Shown piece by piece: positions 13,430 to 25,400 of a stretch of DNA of 64,000 nucleotides. The position numbers were made by a program, and so were the translations under genes. Location of the stretch: contig NIVC01000270.1 in assembly GCA_002269645.1 (NCBI GenBank), forward strand, positions 186,001 to 250,000, in the 5' to 3' direction. The notes under the pieces were generated by a model, which saw only the letters and a list, made by a program, of their open reading frames with translations, had not been told where the DNA came from and did not search any database. How positions within the stretch are numbered: the first letter of the stretch is position 1; every line of letters starts with the position of its first letter. This DNA is from Macrostomum lignano (Eukaryota).

Positions 13430-16400
13430 CGCAGACAGACAGACAGCCCAGCTGCACCTGATGAAGCGCTTCTCCGGGTCCAGGATGTCCAGCAGGGCGT
13501 CCGCATAGTCACGGATGCTGGCAGTGAACAGCACCACCTCGAACAGCTGGGAGACTCTGTGCAGGAATTCATGAAAGCCGGGCCTCAGCTTCACGTGCAC
13601 CTTGTACTCAACAAACTCGAATGAGACAGGGAAGGTGAGATCGGCGCCGTGCAGGAAGTTGTCCACGCTGGAGTGCACCAGCGTCTCATCCAAGTCCAGC
13701 ACCAGGGTGCATCGCGGAGTCCGGCGGGTCTTTTTCGGCAGCACCGGGATGCGCTGGGGGCTGGCCGGCGGCGCCGGCGGGAGGCTGCGGATGAAGCTGA
13801 ACCTGAAAATTTATTTTAAAATGCTACACTGTACATGAAACGTATAAAAGTAAGTTGATTAAAAGGGCCTGTTCTCTGAACTTGGTGCACTGGTTTAGTG
13901 GTGGGTAATTCATAGATAAAATAAATACCTGCACAAATAAACAGAATGTGCAGCTTTGATTAGGGAATGTGCAGGTTAGATTAGGGAATGTGCAGGTTAG
14001 ATTAGGGAATGTGCAGCTTTGATTAGGGAATGTGCAGCTTTGATTAGGGAAAGTGCAAGTTTGATTAGGGAATGTACAGGTTTGATTAGGGAATGTGCAG
14101 GTTTGATTAGGTTATGTGCAGGTTTGATTAGGGAATGTGCAGGTTTGATTAGGTTATGTGCAGGTTTGATTAGGGAATGTGCAGGTTTGATTAGGGAATG
14201 TGCAGGTTTGATTAGGGAATGTGCAGGTTTGATTAGGGAATGTGCAGGTTTGATTAGGGAATGTACAGGTTTGATTAGGGAATGTACAGGTTTGATTAGG
14301 GAATGTGCAGGTTTGATTAGGGAATGTGCAGGTTTGATTAGGGAATGTGCAGGTTTAGTCAGGGAATGTGCAGGTTTAGTCAGGGAATGTGCAGGTTTAG
14401 TCAGGGAATGTGCAGGTTTAGTCAGGGAATGTGCAGGTTTAGTCAGGGAATGTGCAGGTTTGATTAGGGAATGTGCAGGTTTGATTAGGGAATGTGCAGG
14501 TTTGATTAGGGAATGTGCAGGTTTAGTCAGGGAATGTGCAGGTTTAGTCAGGGAATGTGCAGGTTTAGTCAGGGAATGTGCAGGTTTGATTATGGAATGT
14601 GCAGGTTTGATTAGGTTATGTGCAGGTTTGATTAGGTTATGTGCAGGTTTGATTAGGTTATGTGCAAGTTTGATTAGGGAATGTGCAGCTTTGATTAGGG
14701 AATGTGCAGCTTTGATTAGGGAATGTGCAGGTTAGATTAGGGAATGTGCAGCTTTGATTAGGGAATGTGCAGGTTAGATTAGGGAAAGTGCAAGTTTGAT
14801 TATGGAATGTGCAGGTTTGATTAGGTTATGTGCAGGTTTGATTAGGGAATGTGCAGGTTTGATTAGGGAATGTACAGGTTTGATTAGGTTATGTGCAGGT
14901 TTGATTAGGGAATGTGCAGGTTTGATTAGGGAATGTACAGGTTTGATTAGGGAATGTGCAGGTTTGATTAGGGAATGTACAGGTTTGATTAGGGAATGTG
15001 CAGGTTTGATTAGGGAATGTGCAGGTTTGATTAAGGAATGTGCAGGTTTGATTAGGGAATGTGCAGGTTTAGTCAGGGAATGTGCAGGTTTAGTCAGGGA
15101 ATGTGCAGGTTTAGTCAGGGAATGTGCAGGTTTAGTCAGGGAATGTGCAGGTTTAGTCAGGGAATGTGCAGGTTTGATTAGGGAATGTGCAGGTTTGATT
15201 AGGGAATGTGCAGGTTTGATTAGGGAATGTGCAGGTTTAGTCAGGGAATGTGCAGGTTTAGTCAGGGAATGTGCAGGTTTAGTCAGGGAATGTGCAGGTT
15301 TGATTATGGAATGTGCAGGTTTGATTAGGTTATGTGCAGGTTTGATTAGGTTATGTGCAGGTTTGATTAGGTTATGTGCAAGTTTGATTAGGGAATGTGC
15401 AGCTTTGATTAGGGAATGTGCAGGTTAGATTAGGGAATGTGCAGCTTTGATTAGGGAATGTGCAGGTTAGATTAGGGAAAGTGCAAGTTTGATTATGGAA
15501 TGTGCAGGTTTGATTAGGTTATGTGCAGGTTTGATTAGGGAATGTGCAGGTTTGATTAGGGAATGTACAGGTTTGATTAGGTTATGTGCAGGTTTGATTA
15601 GGGAATGTGCAGGTTTGATTAGGGAATGTACAGGTTTGATTAGGGAATGTGCAGGTTTGATTAGGGAATGTACAGGTTTGATTAGGGAATGTGCAGGTTT
15701 GATTAGGGAATGTGCAGGTTTGATTAAGGAATGTGCAGGTTTGATTAGGGAATGTGCAGGTTTAGTCAGGGAATGTGCAGGTTTAGTCAGGGAATGTGCA
15801 GGTTTAGTCAGGGAATGTGCAGGTTTAGTCAGGGAATGTGCAGGTTTAGTCAGGGAATGTGCAGGTTTGATTAGGGAATGTGCAGGTTTGATTAGGGAAT
15901 GTGCAGGTTTAGTCAGGGAATGTGCAGGTTTAGTCAGGGAATGTGCAGGTTTAGTCAGGGAATGTGCAGGTTTGATTAGGGAATGTGCAGGTTTAGTCAG
16001 GGAATGTGCAGGTTTGATTAGGGAATGTGCAGGTTTAGTCAGGGAATGTGCAGGTTTAGTCAGGGAATGTGCAGGTTTAGTCAGGGAATGTGCAGGTTTG
16101 ATTAGGGAATGTGCAGGTTTAGTCAGGGAATGTGCAGGTTTGATTAGGGAATGTGCAGGTTTAGTCAGGGAATGTGCAGGTTTAGTCAGAGCAAGTGAAA
16201 CCTGTCGAGTCTCTAGAAGATCAGACAAGGTGAACTGAGGGCACTCACGGATCCAAGTAGTCTTTAGTGGCGGTGCCGGCACAATAGCTGTACTCCTCCG
16301 GATCGGTGTACTTCCTAGCCAGCAGCTGCTCATGCTCGCTGCTAGCTAGAGGATTTTTACAAGCCATGGCGTTCTCGTCAGTGACTGGCGGCTGAGTCGG

Positions 16401-17015
16401 CTCCTCAATTGGTGCGGCGCCGTCGCCGGCTCCGTCGTTGGCACCGACGGCCGTGGCTTCAATCTCTTCCTCTTCGGCCTCCTCCTCGGAGCCGCCATCG
16501 TCCGAGGATTCGCCGCTGTCGGGCGCCGGCAGCTCCTTGTCGGCCGGTGCTGGCGCAGTAATGTTAGCGGCTGTTGCTAAGGAAGCCAAATCGACCGAAT
16601 GATGCACGAGGCAGCGACGCCGGGACAGCAGGCGAGTCGGGTTTCGTCCACGACGCCGCTGCTTGGTTGTCCGCTCCGCCGCCAGCTGCTGCTTCCTGCT
16701 GCCAGAATTATTATTGTCATCGTTGCCAGCCGCGTCAACAGCAGCTGGCGTCGGATCTTCGAATGCCGGCGAGAACAGCCGGCCGTGCAGGTGAGTTCTG
16801 GTCCGCTTCGGCGTGCCAGCAGCTTTGGCGGCGCACGACGGCGAGGATGAAACGCCAACCTGTTGAGGCGGCGGGCGGCGAATCCGACGAAGGCGGTGCT
16901 GCTGCTGCTGTTGAGCGGCTGAAGTGATGAAGGAGACACTGCCGCCGCCGCCGCCGCTGCCGCAGACCTTGGCCGGAGCAGTCTGGATCCTGTGCAGCCT
17001 TGCGTGTCCGAGCAT
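12567..17015 (-). CDS. CTDSPL2: CTD small phosphatase-like 2 (SCP4-like, HAD/FCP1 family); complement(join(12567..12659,12747..12969,13458..13802,16249..17015)), 475 aa
   Basis: Catalytic [12 protein letters not shown] (DxDxT), [64 protein letters not shown]-terminal DVR..I..KFRLH. All three introns are GT-AG and phase-consistent; total 1428 nt is a multiple of 3. Confidence 0.92.
13010..13447 (+). repeat. (AGAC)n microsatellite with ACTA/AGGC variants filling intron 2 of CTDSPL2
   Basis: Read directly. Confidence 0.95.
13945..16190 (+). repeat. 21-bp minisatellite TTGATTAGGGAATGTGCAGGT (~105 copies) with ~700-bp higher-order repeats, in intron 1 of CTDSPL2
   Basis: Read directly. The diagnostic variant GGGAAAGTGCAAGT recurs at ~14047, ~14782 and ~15475 (spacings 735 and 693 = 35x21 and 33x21). 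Confidence 0.95.
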
Positions 17016-17068
17016 TCTTTGATCTGGTCTGGGCTGCCCGGCGGAACCAACGTTCCAGAGATTGGTTG

Positions 17069-17075
17069 TTTTATA
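17069..17075 (-). promoter_or_regulatory. Candidate TATA box (TATAAAA on the minus strand) ~55 bp upstream of the CTDSPL2 ATG
   Basis: Plus strand reads ttttata at 17069-17075; position is consistent with a short 5'UTR. No transcript evidence. Confidence 0.35.
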
Positions 17076-17219
17076 AGGAGGGAGATTTATCCCAGTCTGC
17101 TCTCTTTATCGCTGGCCGCTAGAATCAAAGTGTTGATACTAGCCGCTGGAATGTAAATTTATAGAGGCAAATTCTAATTCAATGGAAAGAAATTATATAT
17201 ATTTTTCTAACTGGAACAG

Positions 17220-17511
17220 TCAGAGACGAGCTGGCTATTCTGTTTCTATCCCAGCCAATCATAGTCGAGCTGGTTACTCTTTTTTGCATACCAGCCAATC
17301 AGAGTCGAGCTGGTTACTCTTTTTTGCATACCAGCCAATCAGAGTCGAGCTGGTTACTCTTTTTTTCTATCCCAGCCAATAAGAGACGAGCTGGTTATTC
17401 TTTTTTCCAGCCAATTAGAGTCGAGCTGGTCATTCTTTTTCCATCCCAGCCAATCAGAGACGAGCTGGCTACTCCTACTTTTATCCGGGCCAATCGGGGA
17501 CGAGCTGGATA
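17220..17511. promoter_or_regulatory. Tandem ~40-bp repeat, each unit with an NF-Y-type CCAAT box (AGCCAATCAG), upstream of CTDSPL2
   Basis: CCAAT at 17255, 17295, 17335, 17376, 17411, 17450, 17490; a degenerate further unit (GCAATC) at ~18080 beyond the inserted element. Confidence 0.6.
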
Positions 17512-17519
17512 CAATTTTT

Positions 17520-18062
17520 GGGTCACTTTCACAAGCGCTAATTTTCATAACCGCTAACGACATTGACTTTCACAAGCGCTAAATTTCACAAGCGCTAAAC
17601 TTCATAATAGCTAAAAATTTGCCGCCTACTTTCACAAGCGCTAAACTTCACAAGCGCTAAACTTCACAAGCGCTAAACTTCACATTAGCTACAAATTTGT
17701 CACCTACTTTTACAAGCGCTAAACTTCACAAACGCTAACCTTTACAATCCCCAAAACACGAATGTCGGCTTCTTTTACAAGCGCTAAAATGTTGATATTT
17801 TATATTTTATGTTGATAACACTATATATAATAATATACTAATACTAATATGCTATACTAATATACTAATATACTATTTTAGCGCTTGTGAAAGTAGGCGA
17901 CATTTGTGTTTTAGCGGTTGTGAACTTTAGCGTTTGTGAAGTTTAGCGCTTGTAAAAGTAGGTGACAAATTCGTAGCTAATGTGAAGTTTAGCGCTTGTG
18001 AAGTTTAGCGCTTGTGAAAGTGAGTTAGCGCTTATGAAAATTAGCGCTTGTGAAGCCTCCCC
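17520..18062. mobile_element. Non-autonomous foldback/MITE element, 543 bp, with modular internal repeats TTCACAAGCGCTAAA and an 8-bp TSD CAATTTTT
   Basis: Left arm ttcacaagcgctaattttcataaccgctaac matches the reverse complement of right arm gttagcgcttatgaaaattagcgcttgtgaa (30/31). AT-rich centre. TSD at 17512-17519 and 18063-18070. Confidence 0.8.
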
Positions 18063-18709
18063 CAATTTTTCTATCCAGAGCAATCAGAGACGAGCTAGCT
18101 ATTCTATTTCTATTCGGAAAAATCTAGGGAAGAGAAAGTAGGGAATACATTACCTATCAGACTAATAGAAGATCAGATAGGAAAACAACATACTCGTAGT
18201 TACAAAAAGTAGTCAACTTTATACTTGATATATAAAAACTACAAGTCCAGGTATCAGTAGAAAATACAAGCAAGTAGAAATGCAATTTCGTGAAAAAGCA
18301 GTTAAATTCAATCCTTTTTGTGCTTCGCAAAATAGACATCCAAAACACAGGAGGAAGCATCCATTATAAACCTTTTTCAAATACAATTGCGTCTACACTT
18401 TCATAAGCGAACACTGAAAATGCAGTCAATAAAATAACTAACTTTTCAAGCTTAAAAAACGATTTTTACTCGTATTTTAATCTAAACTGTTAATCACAAG
18501 ACTTTTAAATTTCAATTTTGTCGTTAAAAACCGTCGCTAACGAGATCGCAGGGCGGTGACACAACGGTGGGCATGAGCCCCGCCGGTGGCCTGATGACTG
18601 CCTGGCCGTGGCCTGGCCGATGGTCGGACTGCTGCTGCAGTTGGTGGCCAGAGAGAGAGGGAGTTCGTCATTTACTGATACTGCTAACAATACTGGTGCA
18701 TTACCTTGC

Positions 18710-19470
18710 TGCCCCAACCCATCCCCTACCCCAACCCACCCCTTCCCCGACCCACCCCTTCCCCGACCCACCCCTTCCCCAACCCACCCCTTCCCCAACC
18801 CATCCCCTACCCCAACTCATCCCTACCCCAACCCATCCCTACCCCAACTCATCCCTACCCCAACCCATCCCCTGCCCCAACCCATCCCTACCCCAAACCA
18901 CCCCTGCCCCAACCCATCCCCTACCCAAACCCATCTCCCTACCCCAACCCATCCCTACCCCAACTCATCCCTACCCCAACCCATCCCTACCCCAACCCAT
19001 CCCTACCCCAACTCATCCCTACCCCAACCCATCCCTACCCCAAACCACCCCTGCCCCAACCCATCCCCTACCCAAACCCATCTCCCTACCCCAACCCATC
19101 CCTACCCCAACCCATCCCTACCCCAACCCATCCCTACCCCAACTCATCCCTACCCCAACCCATCCCCCTGCCCCAACCCATCCCTACCCCAAACCACCCC
19201 TGCCCCAACCCATCCCCTACCCAAACCCATCTCCCTACCCCAACCCATCCCTACCCCAACTCATCCCTACCCCAACCCATCCCTACCCCAACCCATCCCT
19301 ACCCCAACTCATCCCTACCCCAACCCATCCCTACCCCAAACCACCCCTGCCCCAACCCATCCCCTACCCAAACCCATCTCCCTACCCCAACCCACCCCCT
19401 ACCCCAACCCACCCCCTACCCCAACCCACCCCCTACCCCAACCCACCCCTACCCCAACCCCCCCCACCCC
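18710..19470 (+). repeat. C-rich ~16-bp minisatellite CCCAACCCATCCCTAC (G-run rich on the minus strand) just downstream of the Top2 stop
   Basis: Read directly; source of the spurious PTP/PYP-rich ORFs. Confidence 0.95.
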
Positions 19471-19489
19471 ATCTCCAGTCAGTCCCAGC

Positions 19490-22400
19490 TCAAACCTCGG
19501 TCTCGCAGCCATCCTCCCCGTCGCCGCCGCCGCCCAGCTGCTTGGCCTCCTCCTTGGTGCAGGTGGCTGCCCGCGACTCCAAAGCGTTCAGATCTTCTAG
19601 CCAGGCCCTGGCCGGGGTCAGCTCGGCCAATTGGCGCAGCCGGCCGGCGGCTTCATCTCGATCCTGCAGCAGACGCTGCCGACGCTCCAGAGTCAGCGAC
19701 CACACGGGCATCCGGAGCAGATAGTCGAATTCGTCGCCGCCGTTGAAATCGTCGGCATTTCGAATCGCGGCGGCCCGGACAGGATCGGGCTCGAACCCGG
19801 CGGCCGACAATCGCCGGTTTGTGTCCGACCGGCCGGTAAATCCGGACAGGTTTAATCGACCTTCGGCTACGTCTAAAGCGAATCGAGCTTGGTTGCTTAG
19901 CAACCGGACTAAAGCGTCGAGTTCGGCGCGTTGATAATCGAGTCGGCGCCTGTACATGTCCAGCCGGTGGTCGAAGTAGTCGCGCATGATGTCGCTGACC
20001 GTCTGGTACCTGGCGGGGATCGGGAAGTTGAGGAATGTTCAAAGAAACATTGGATCGCAAATCAGCTCAGCGGCAAACAGTTGCCAGCCGACAGTTGCCA
20101 GCTAACATTTGCCAGCCGATAGTTGCCAGCCGACAGTTGCCAGCCGATAGTTGCCAGCCGACAGTTGCCAGCTAACAGTTGCCAGCCAAGAGTTGCCAGC
20201 CAAGAGTTGCCAGCAAAGAGTTGCCAGCCAACAGTTGCCAGCCAACAGTTGCCAGCCAACAGTTGCCAGCCAACAGTTGCCAGCCGACAGTTGCCAGCCA
20301 AGAGTTGCCAGCTAACAGTTGCCAGCCAACAGTTGCCAGCCGACAGTCGCCAGCCAAGAGTTGCCAGCCAACAGTTGCCAGCCGATAGTTGCCAGCCAAG
20401 AGTTGCCAGCTAACAGTTGCCAGCCAACAGTTGCCAGCCGACAGTCAGAAAATCCATTAGCTAATTGCACTAATCTCTTTGTGCCATCCCCATCGGCCCG
20501 TGGCACTGACCTGCACATCCGGTCTCCGCTATCTGCCAGCACCATGGACCCGGTGCTGAACCGGCTACTCAACCGGAAGTACCGGTACAGTCCCATCCGG
20601 TTAGCCCTGGCCAGCTGAGACGGGTCCAGTTTAACTAGAAATCGAACTCGCCAATCCGAGCAGTAGTTATTGACAGACTCGGCCAGGCTGGCCAGGCTGC
20701 AGCCGTACGGCTCGCTCCAGACTCGAACAGGCAGTTCGGTGATTTCGAATATACCCGTATTAGCGTAGGCTAATAGCCGGCCGTAGGAAACGAACCGGCG
20801 ACCGTCGGCATGGCAACGATGCGGCCGGTGTGACCGCGAAATGCCGGCAGCATAGGCAGGGGCTCCGCTGTGCCGCCCTCGCGAAGCATGTGGCGCAGGT
20901 TCGCCATCACGTCGGCTAAGGAATGGTTGGGAATGCTGGTGTTCCAGCCGGTGCCGATGCCTTCGGCTCCGTTCACCACCGCTAGGGGCACCACTGGCGA
21001 GTAGCTGCGGGATGGGCGATAAGGAGAGACTTGATCTGACCTGAACCATGTCAACCTGACCTGACCCGTGTCCTGACTGACCTGACCCGTGCCTCACTGA
21101 CCTGACCCGCGTCCACCTGACCTGACCCTAGGCCTGACCCTGTATTAACATGGCCTGACCTTGTATCAATATGACCTGACCCTGCATTAACATGGCCTGA
21201 CCCTGTATTAACATGGCCTGACCCTGTATCAATATGACCTGACCCTGTATCAATATGACCTGACTATGCATTAACATGGCCTGACCCTGTATTAATATGG
21301 CCTGACCCTGTATTAATATGGCCTGACCCTGTATTAACATGGCCTGACCCTGTATCAATATGACCTGACCCTGTATCAATATGACCTGACCCTGTATCAA
21401 TATGACCTGACCCTGTATCAATATGACCTGACCCTGTATCAATATGGCCTGACCCTGTATCAATATGACCTGACCCTGTATCAATATGACCTGACCCTGT
21501 ATCAATATGACCTGACCCTGTATCAATATGACCTGACCCTGTATCAATATGGCCTGACCCTGTATCAATATGACCTGACCCTGTATTAACATGGCCAGAC
21601 CCTGTATCAATATGGTCAGACCCTGTATCAACATGGCCTGACTCTAGGTGAAGTGACCTCATCTAGACCAGAAATGAGAGTCTACCCTTATTAAAAGACA
21701 ACTATCCACAAGATCCTGCATCCACTAACACACAGGTGACAAACCTGACAGGTTCAACCCGTTCGCCATCCTCCATCCGATAGTTTAGCAGGGCATCATC
21801 GTCAGGATGAAAGATAAGCCGAGCCAGCGGAGACAGGCAGGTGTAAATATACCTGGCAGCGGCTGCGTCCTTACCGCCGAGCAATCTGGAGCCGAACTGA
21901 CCGCCAGGCACTAACAAATTGATATTGTTAGAGCCGGGGAAATTCTGCGCCATGCCAACTATAGTATTGAATAGGGCTCCATCGCCGTGCCTGTAGGCTG
22001 TTAGTTCGGCTACGCTGCCAGCCAGCTGGGGCACTCTGATTGGCTGGCGTTGGCGGCGCTTGAAACAGGTGTACAATACCTTCCGCTGCGACGGTTTCAA
22101 GCCGTCCATTAAGGCCGGTATGGAACGCCGATTATCGGCTAGAGAGAATTGGACCAGCTCGCGATGGATGAAATCTGAGCAGCTTAACTCGGCATTTGGC
22201 GACGATTTGTTGAGCTCTTCTGCCAGAGAGGAGCTTAGAGGGGCAGCGTCGGACTGATGGTCGCTGTGGGGAAGACACGTTGATTTTGTCGCATGCACAG
22301 CCGGCTCTCAGGGATAGAAGGCGAGATAGATTGTGGGATTTCTAGAATTTCTAAGAAAATGTACTGATTTCTAGGAAAAACTACTACTGTTTGGAGGAAA

Positions 22401-25400
22401 AAAAGATTTCTAGCAAAAGCTACAACAATTTCTAAGGAAAAAATACTGGGATTTCTAGGAAAATACTGGGATTTCTAGAAAAAAAGCACTGTAATTTCTA
22501 GGAAAATACTGAGATTTCTAGGAAAATACTGGGATTTCTAGGAAAATACTGGGATTTCTAGGAAAAATACAAGGATTTCTAGGAAAATACTGGGATTTCT
22601 AGGAAAATACTGGGATTTCTAGGAAAATACTGGAATTTCTAGGAAAATACTGGGATTTCTAGGAAAATACTGGGATTTCTAGGAAAATACTGGAATTTCT
22701 AGAAAAAATACAGAGATTTCTAGGAAAATACAGGGATTTCTAGGAAAATACTGGGATTTCTAGAAAAAAAGCACTGTAATTTCTGATAAAATACTGAGAT
22801 TTCTAGGAAAATACTGGGATTTCTAGAAAAATACTGGGATTTCTAGGAAAAATACAAGGATTTCTAGGAAAATACTGGGATTTCTAGGAAAATACAGAGA
22901 TTTCTAGGAAAATACAGGGATTTCTAGAAAAATACAGGGATTTCTAGGAAAATACAGGGATTTCTAGAAAAATACAGGGATTTCTAGGAAAATATTGGGA
23001 TTTTTAAGAAAATTATTGCGATTTCCAAGATAGACGGTGGGATTTCAAGGATAAACAGTGGCAATCAGATAATGAAATTGAGACAAAATCGGCACTAGTA
23101 GTCACACAATGGTGCCAGAATTCTACGAGTACAATACAAGGCCGAATTGATCTCCTACTCACTCAGCGGCAGCCTCGGCCAGCCAGGCCTTTCGCGCATC
23201 GGCATCGGGTCCGAATGCCAGCACCAGGGCGGCGTCGTCCTGCTCCCCGCCTTGGCCGGCATCGCGTCGGACAAGCCGGACAGACTGGCCAGAGAACAAT
23301 CGGACAAAGAAGCGCCTACCCTCGGCGGCAGTGAAACCGCCTAAGCCTTTGTAATACTTCAAAGACCAGCGCCGCCAGTCTGGCTTAGAGCTAATCCACT
23401 TGGCCAGCGAGTCCATGGAATAGAATTCTTCGCTATCCGCTTTCACGTCGGCTGGCGGCGTTGCCTTAGCAATCGGCATCACTAATAGGCGCAAAAAATC
23501 CCACCTGCTTAGCAATAGTTCCGGCCAGAAGCAGTGCAACAGATTCAATACTAGGCCTCGGATATGAATGCCGTCCGTGTCCTGATCGGACATGATTAGA
23601 ATTCGGCGATAGTGCAAACTGGCCAAGTCGGCTTCTGTCTCGTAGCGTTTGCCAAGCTGCGTGTGCGTGCGTGCGTGGGAATTGAATTATTGACTGTTCC
23701 AGCATGTTGCTACTGTTAGTAGCATGGTTGGCATAGGCCTTGGGTAATACATAAACAGGATAAATGTATCATTTAGCTATTAGTGACATACTATCATTGA
23801 TAAAGGACACAGATCCCATGGATAAAGGACACAGATCCCATGGATAAAAGACACAGATCCCATGGATAAAGGACACAGATCCCATGGATAAAAGACACAG
23901 ATCCCATGGATAAAGGACACAGATCCCATGGATAAAGGACACAGATCCCATGTATAAAGGACACAGATCCCATGGATAAAGGACACAGATCCCATGGGTA
24001 AAGGACACAGATCCCATGGGTAAAGGACACAGATCCCATGGATAAAGGACACAGATCCCATGGATAAAGAACACAGATCCCAGGGGGCATAAATAAAAGA
24101 CACAGATCCCATGGATAAAGGACACAGGTCCCATGGATAAAGGACACAGCCCATAGATAAAGGACACAGATCCCATGGATAAAGGACACAGATCCCATGG
24201 ATAAAGGACACAGATCCCAGGGGGCATAAATAAAAGACACAGATCCCATGGATAAAGGACACAGATCCCATGGATAAAGGACACAGATCCCATGGATAAA
24301 GGACACAGATCCCAAGGATAAAGGACACAGATCCCATGGATAAAGGACACAGATCCCATGGATAAAGGACACACATCCCATGGATAAAGGACACAGATCC
24401 CATGGATAAAGGACACAGATCCCATTGATAAAGGACACAGATCCCAGGGGGCATAAATAAAAGACACAGATCCCATGGATAAAGGACACAGATCCCATGG
24501 GTAAAGGACACAGATCCCATGGATAAAAGACACAGATCCCATGGATAAAGGACACAGATCCCATGGGTAAAGGACACAGATCCCATGGATAAAGGACACA
24601 GATCCCATGGGTAAAGGACACAGATCCCATGGGTAAAGGACACAGATCCCATGGATAAAAGACACAGATCCCATGGATAAAAGACACAGATCCCATGGAT
24701 AAAGGACACAGATCCCATGGATAAAGGACACAGCCCATAGATAAAGGACACAGATCCCATGGATAAAGGACACAGATCCCATGGATAAAGGACACAGATC
24801 CCATGGGTAAAGGACACAGATCCCATTGATAAAGGACACAGATCCCAGGGGGCATAAATAAAAGACACAGATCCCATGGATAAAGGACACAGATCCCATG
24901 GGTAAAGGACACAGATCCCATGGATAAAAGACACAGATCCCATGGATAAAGGACACAGATCCCATGGGTAAAGGACACAGATCCCATGGATAAAGGACAC
25001 AGATCCCATGGATAAAGGACACAGATCCCATGGATAAAGGACACAGATCCCAAGGATAAAGGACACAGATCCCATGGATAAAGGACACAGATCCCATGGA
25101 TAAAGGACACACATCCCATGGATAAAGGACACAGATCCCATGGATAAAGGACACAGATCCCATGGGTAAAGGACACAGATCCCATTGATAAAGGACACAG
25201 ATCCCAGGGGGCATAAATAAAAGACACAGATCCCATGGATAAAGGACACAGATCCCATGGATAAAGGACACAAATACCATGGATAAAAGACACAGATCCC
25301 ATGGATAAAGGACACAGATCTCATGGATAAGACACAGATCCCATGGATAAAGGACACAGATCCCATGGATAAAGGACACAGATCCCATGGATAAAGGACA

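Noticed and set aside
13945-16190. Interstitial telomeric repeat (TTAGGG in each unit)
   Set aside because: A single hexamer per 21-mer, never tandem; compatible with chance.
14019-16333. IRECAGL-repeat ORFs of 210-288 aa
   Set aside because: 21-bp satellite inside a phase-consistent CTDSPL2 intron.
18567-19746. Proline-rich extensin-like ORFs
   Set aside because: C-rich satellite plus the antisense of the last Top2 exon.
20800-20815. Programmed -1 ribosomal frameshift in Top2
   Set aside because: No X XXY YYZ slippery site; one extra base in a C run explains it more simply.
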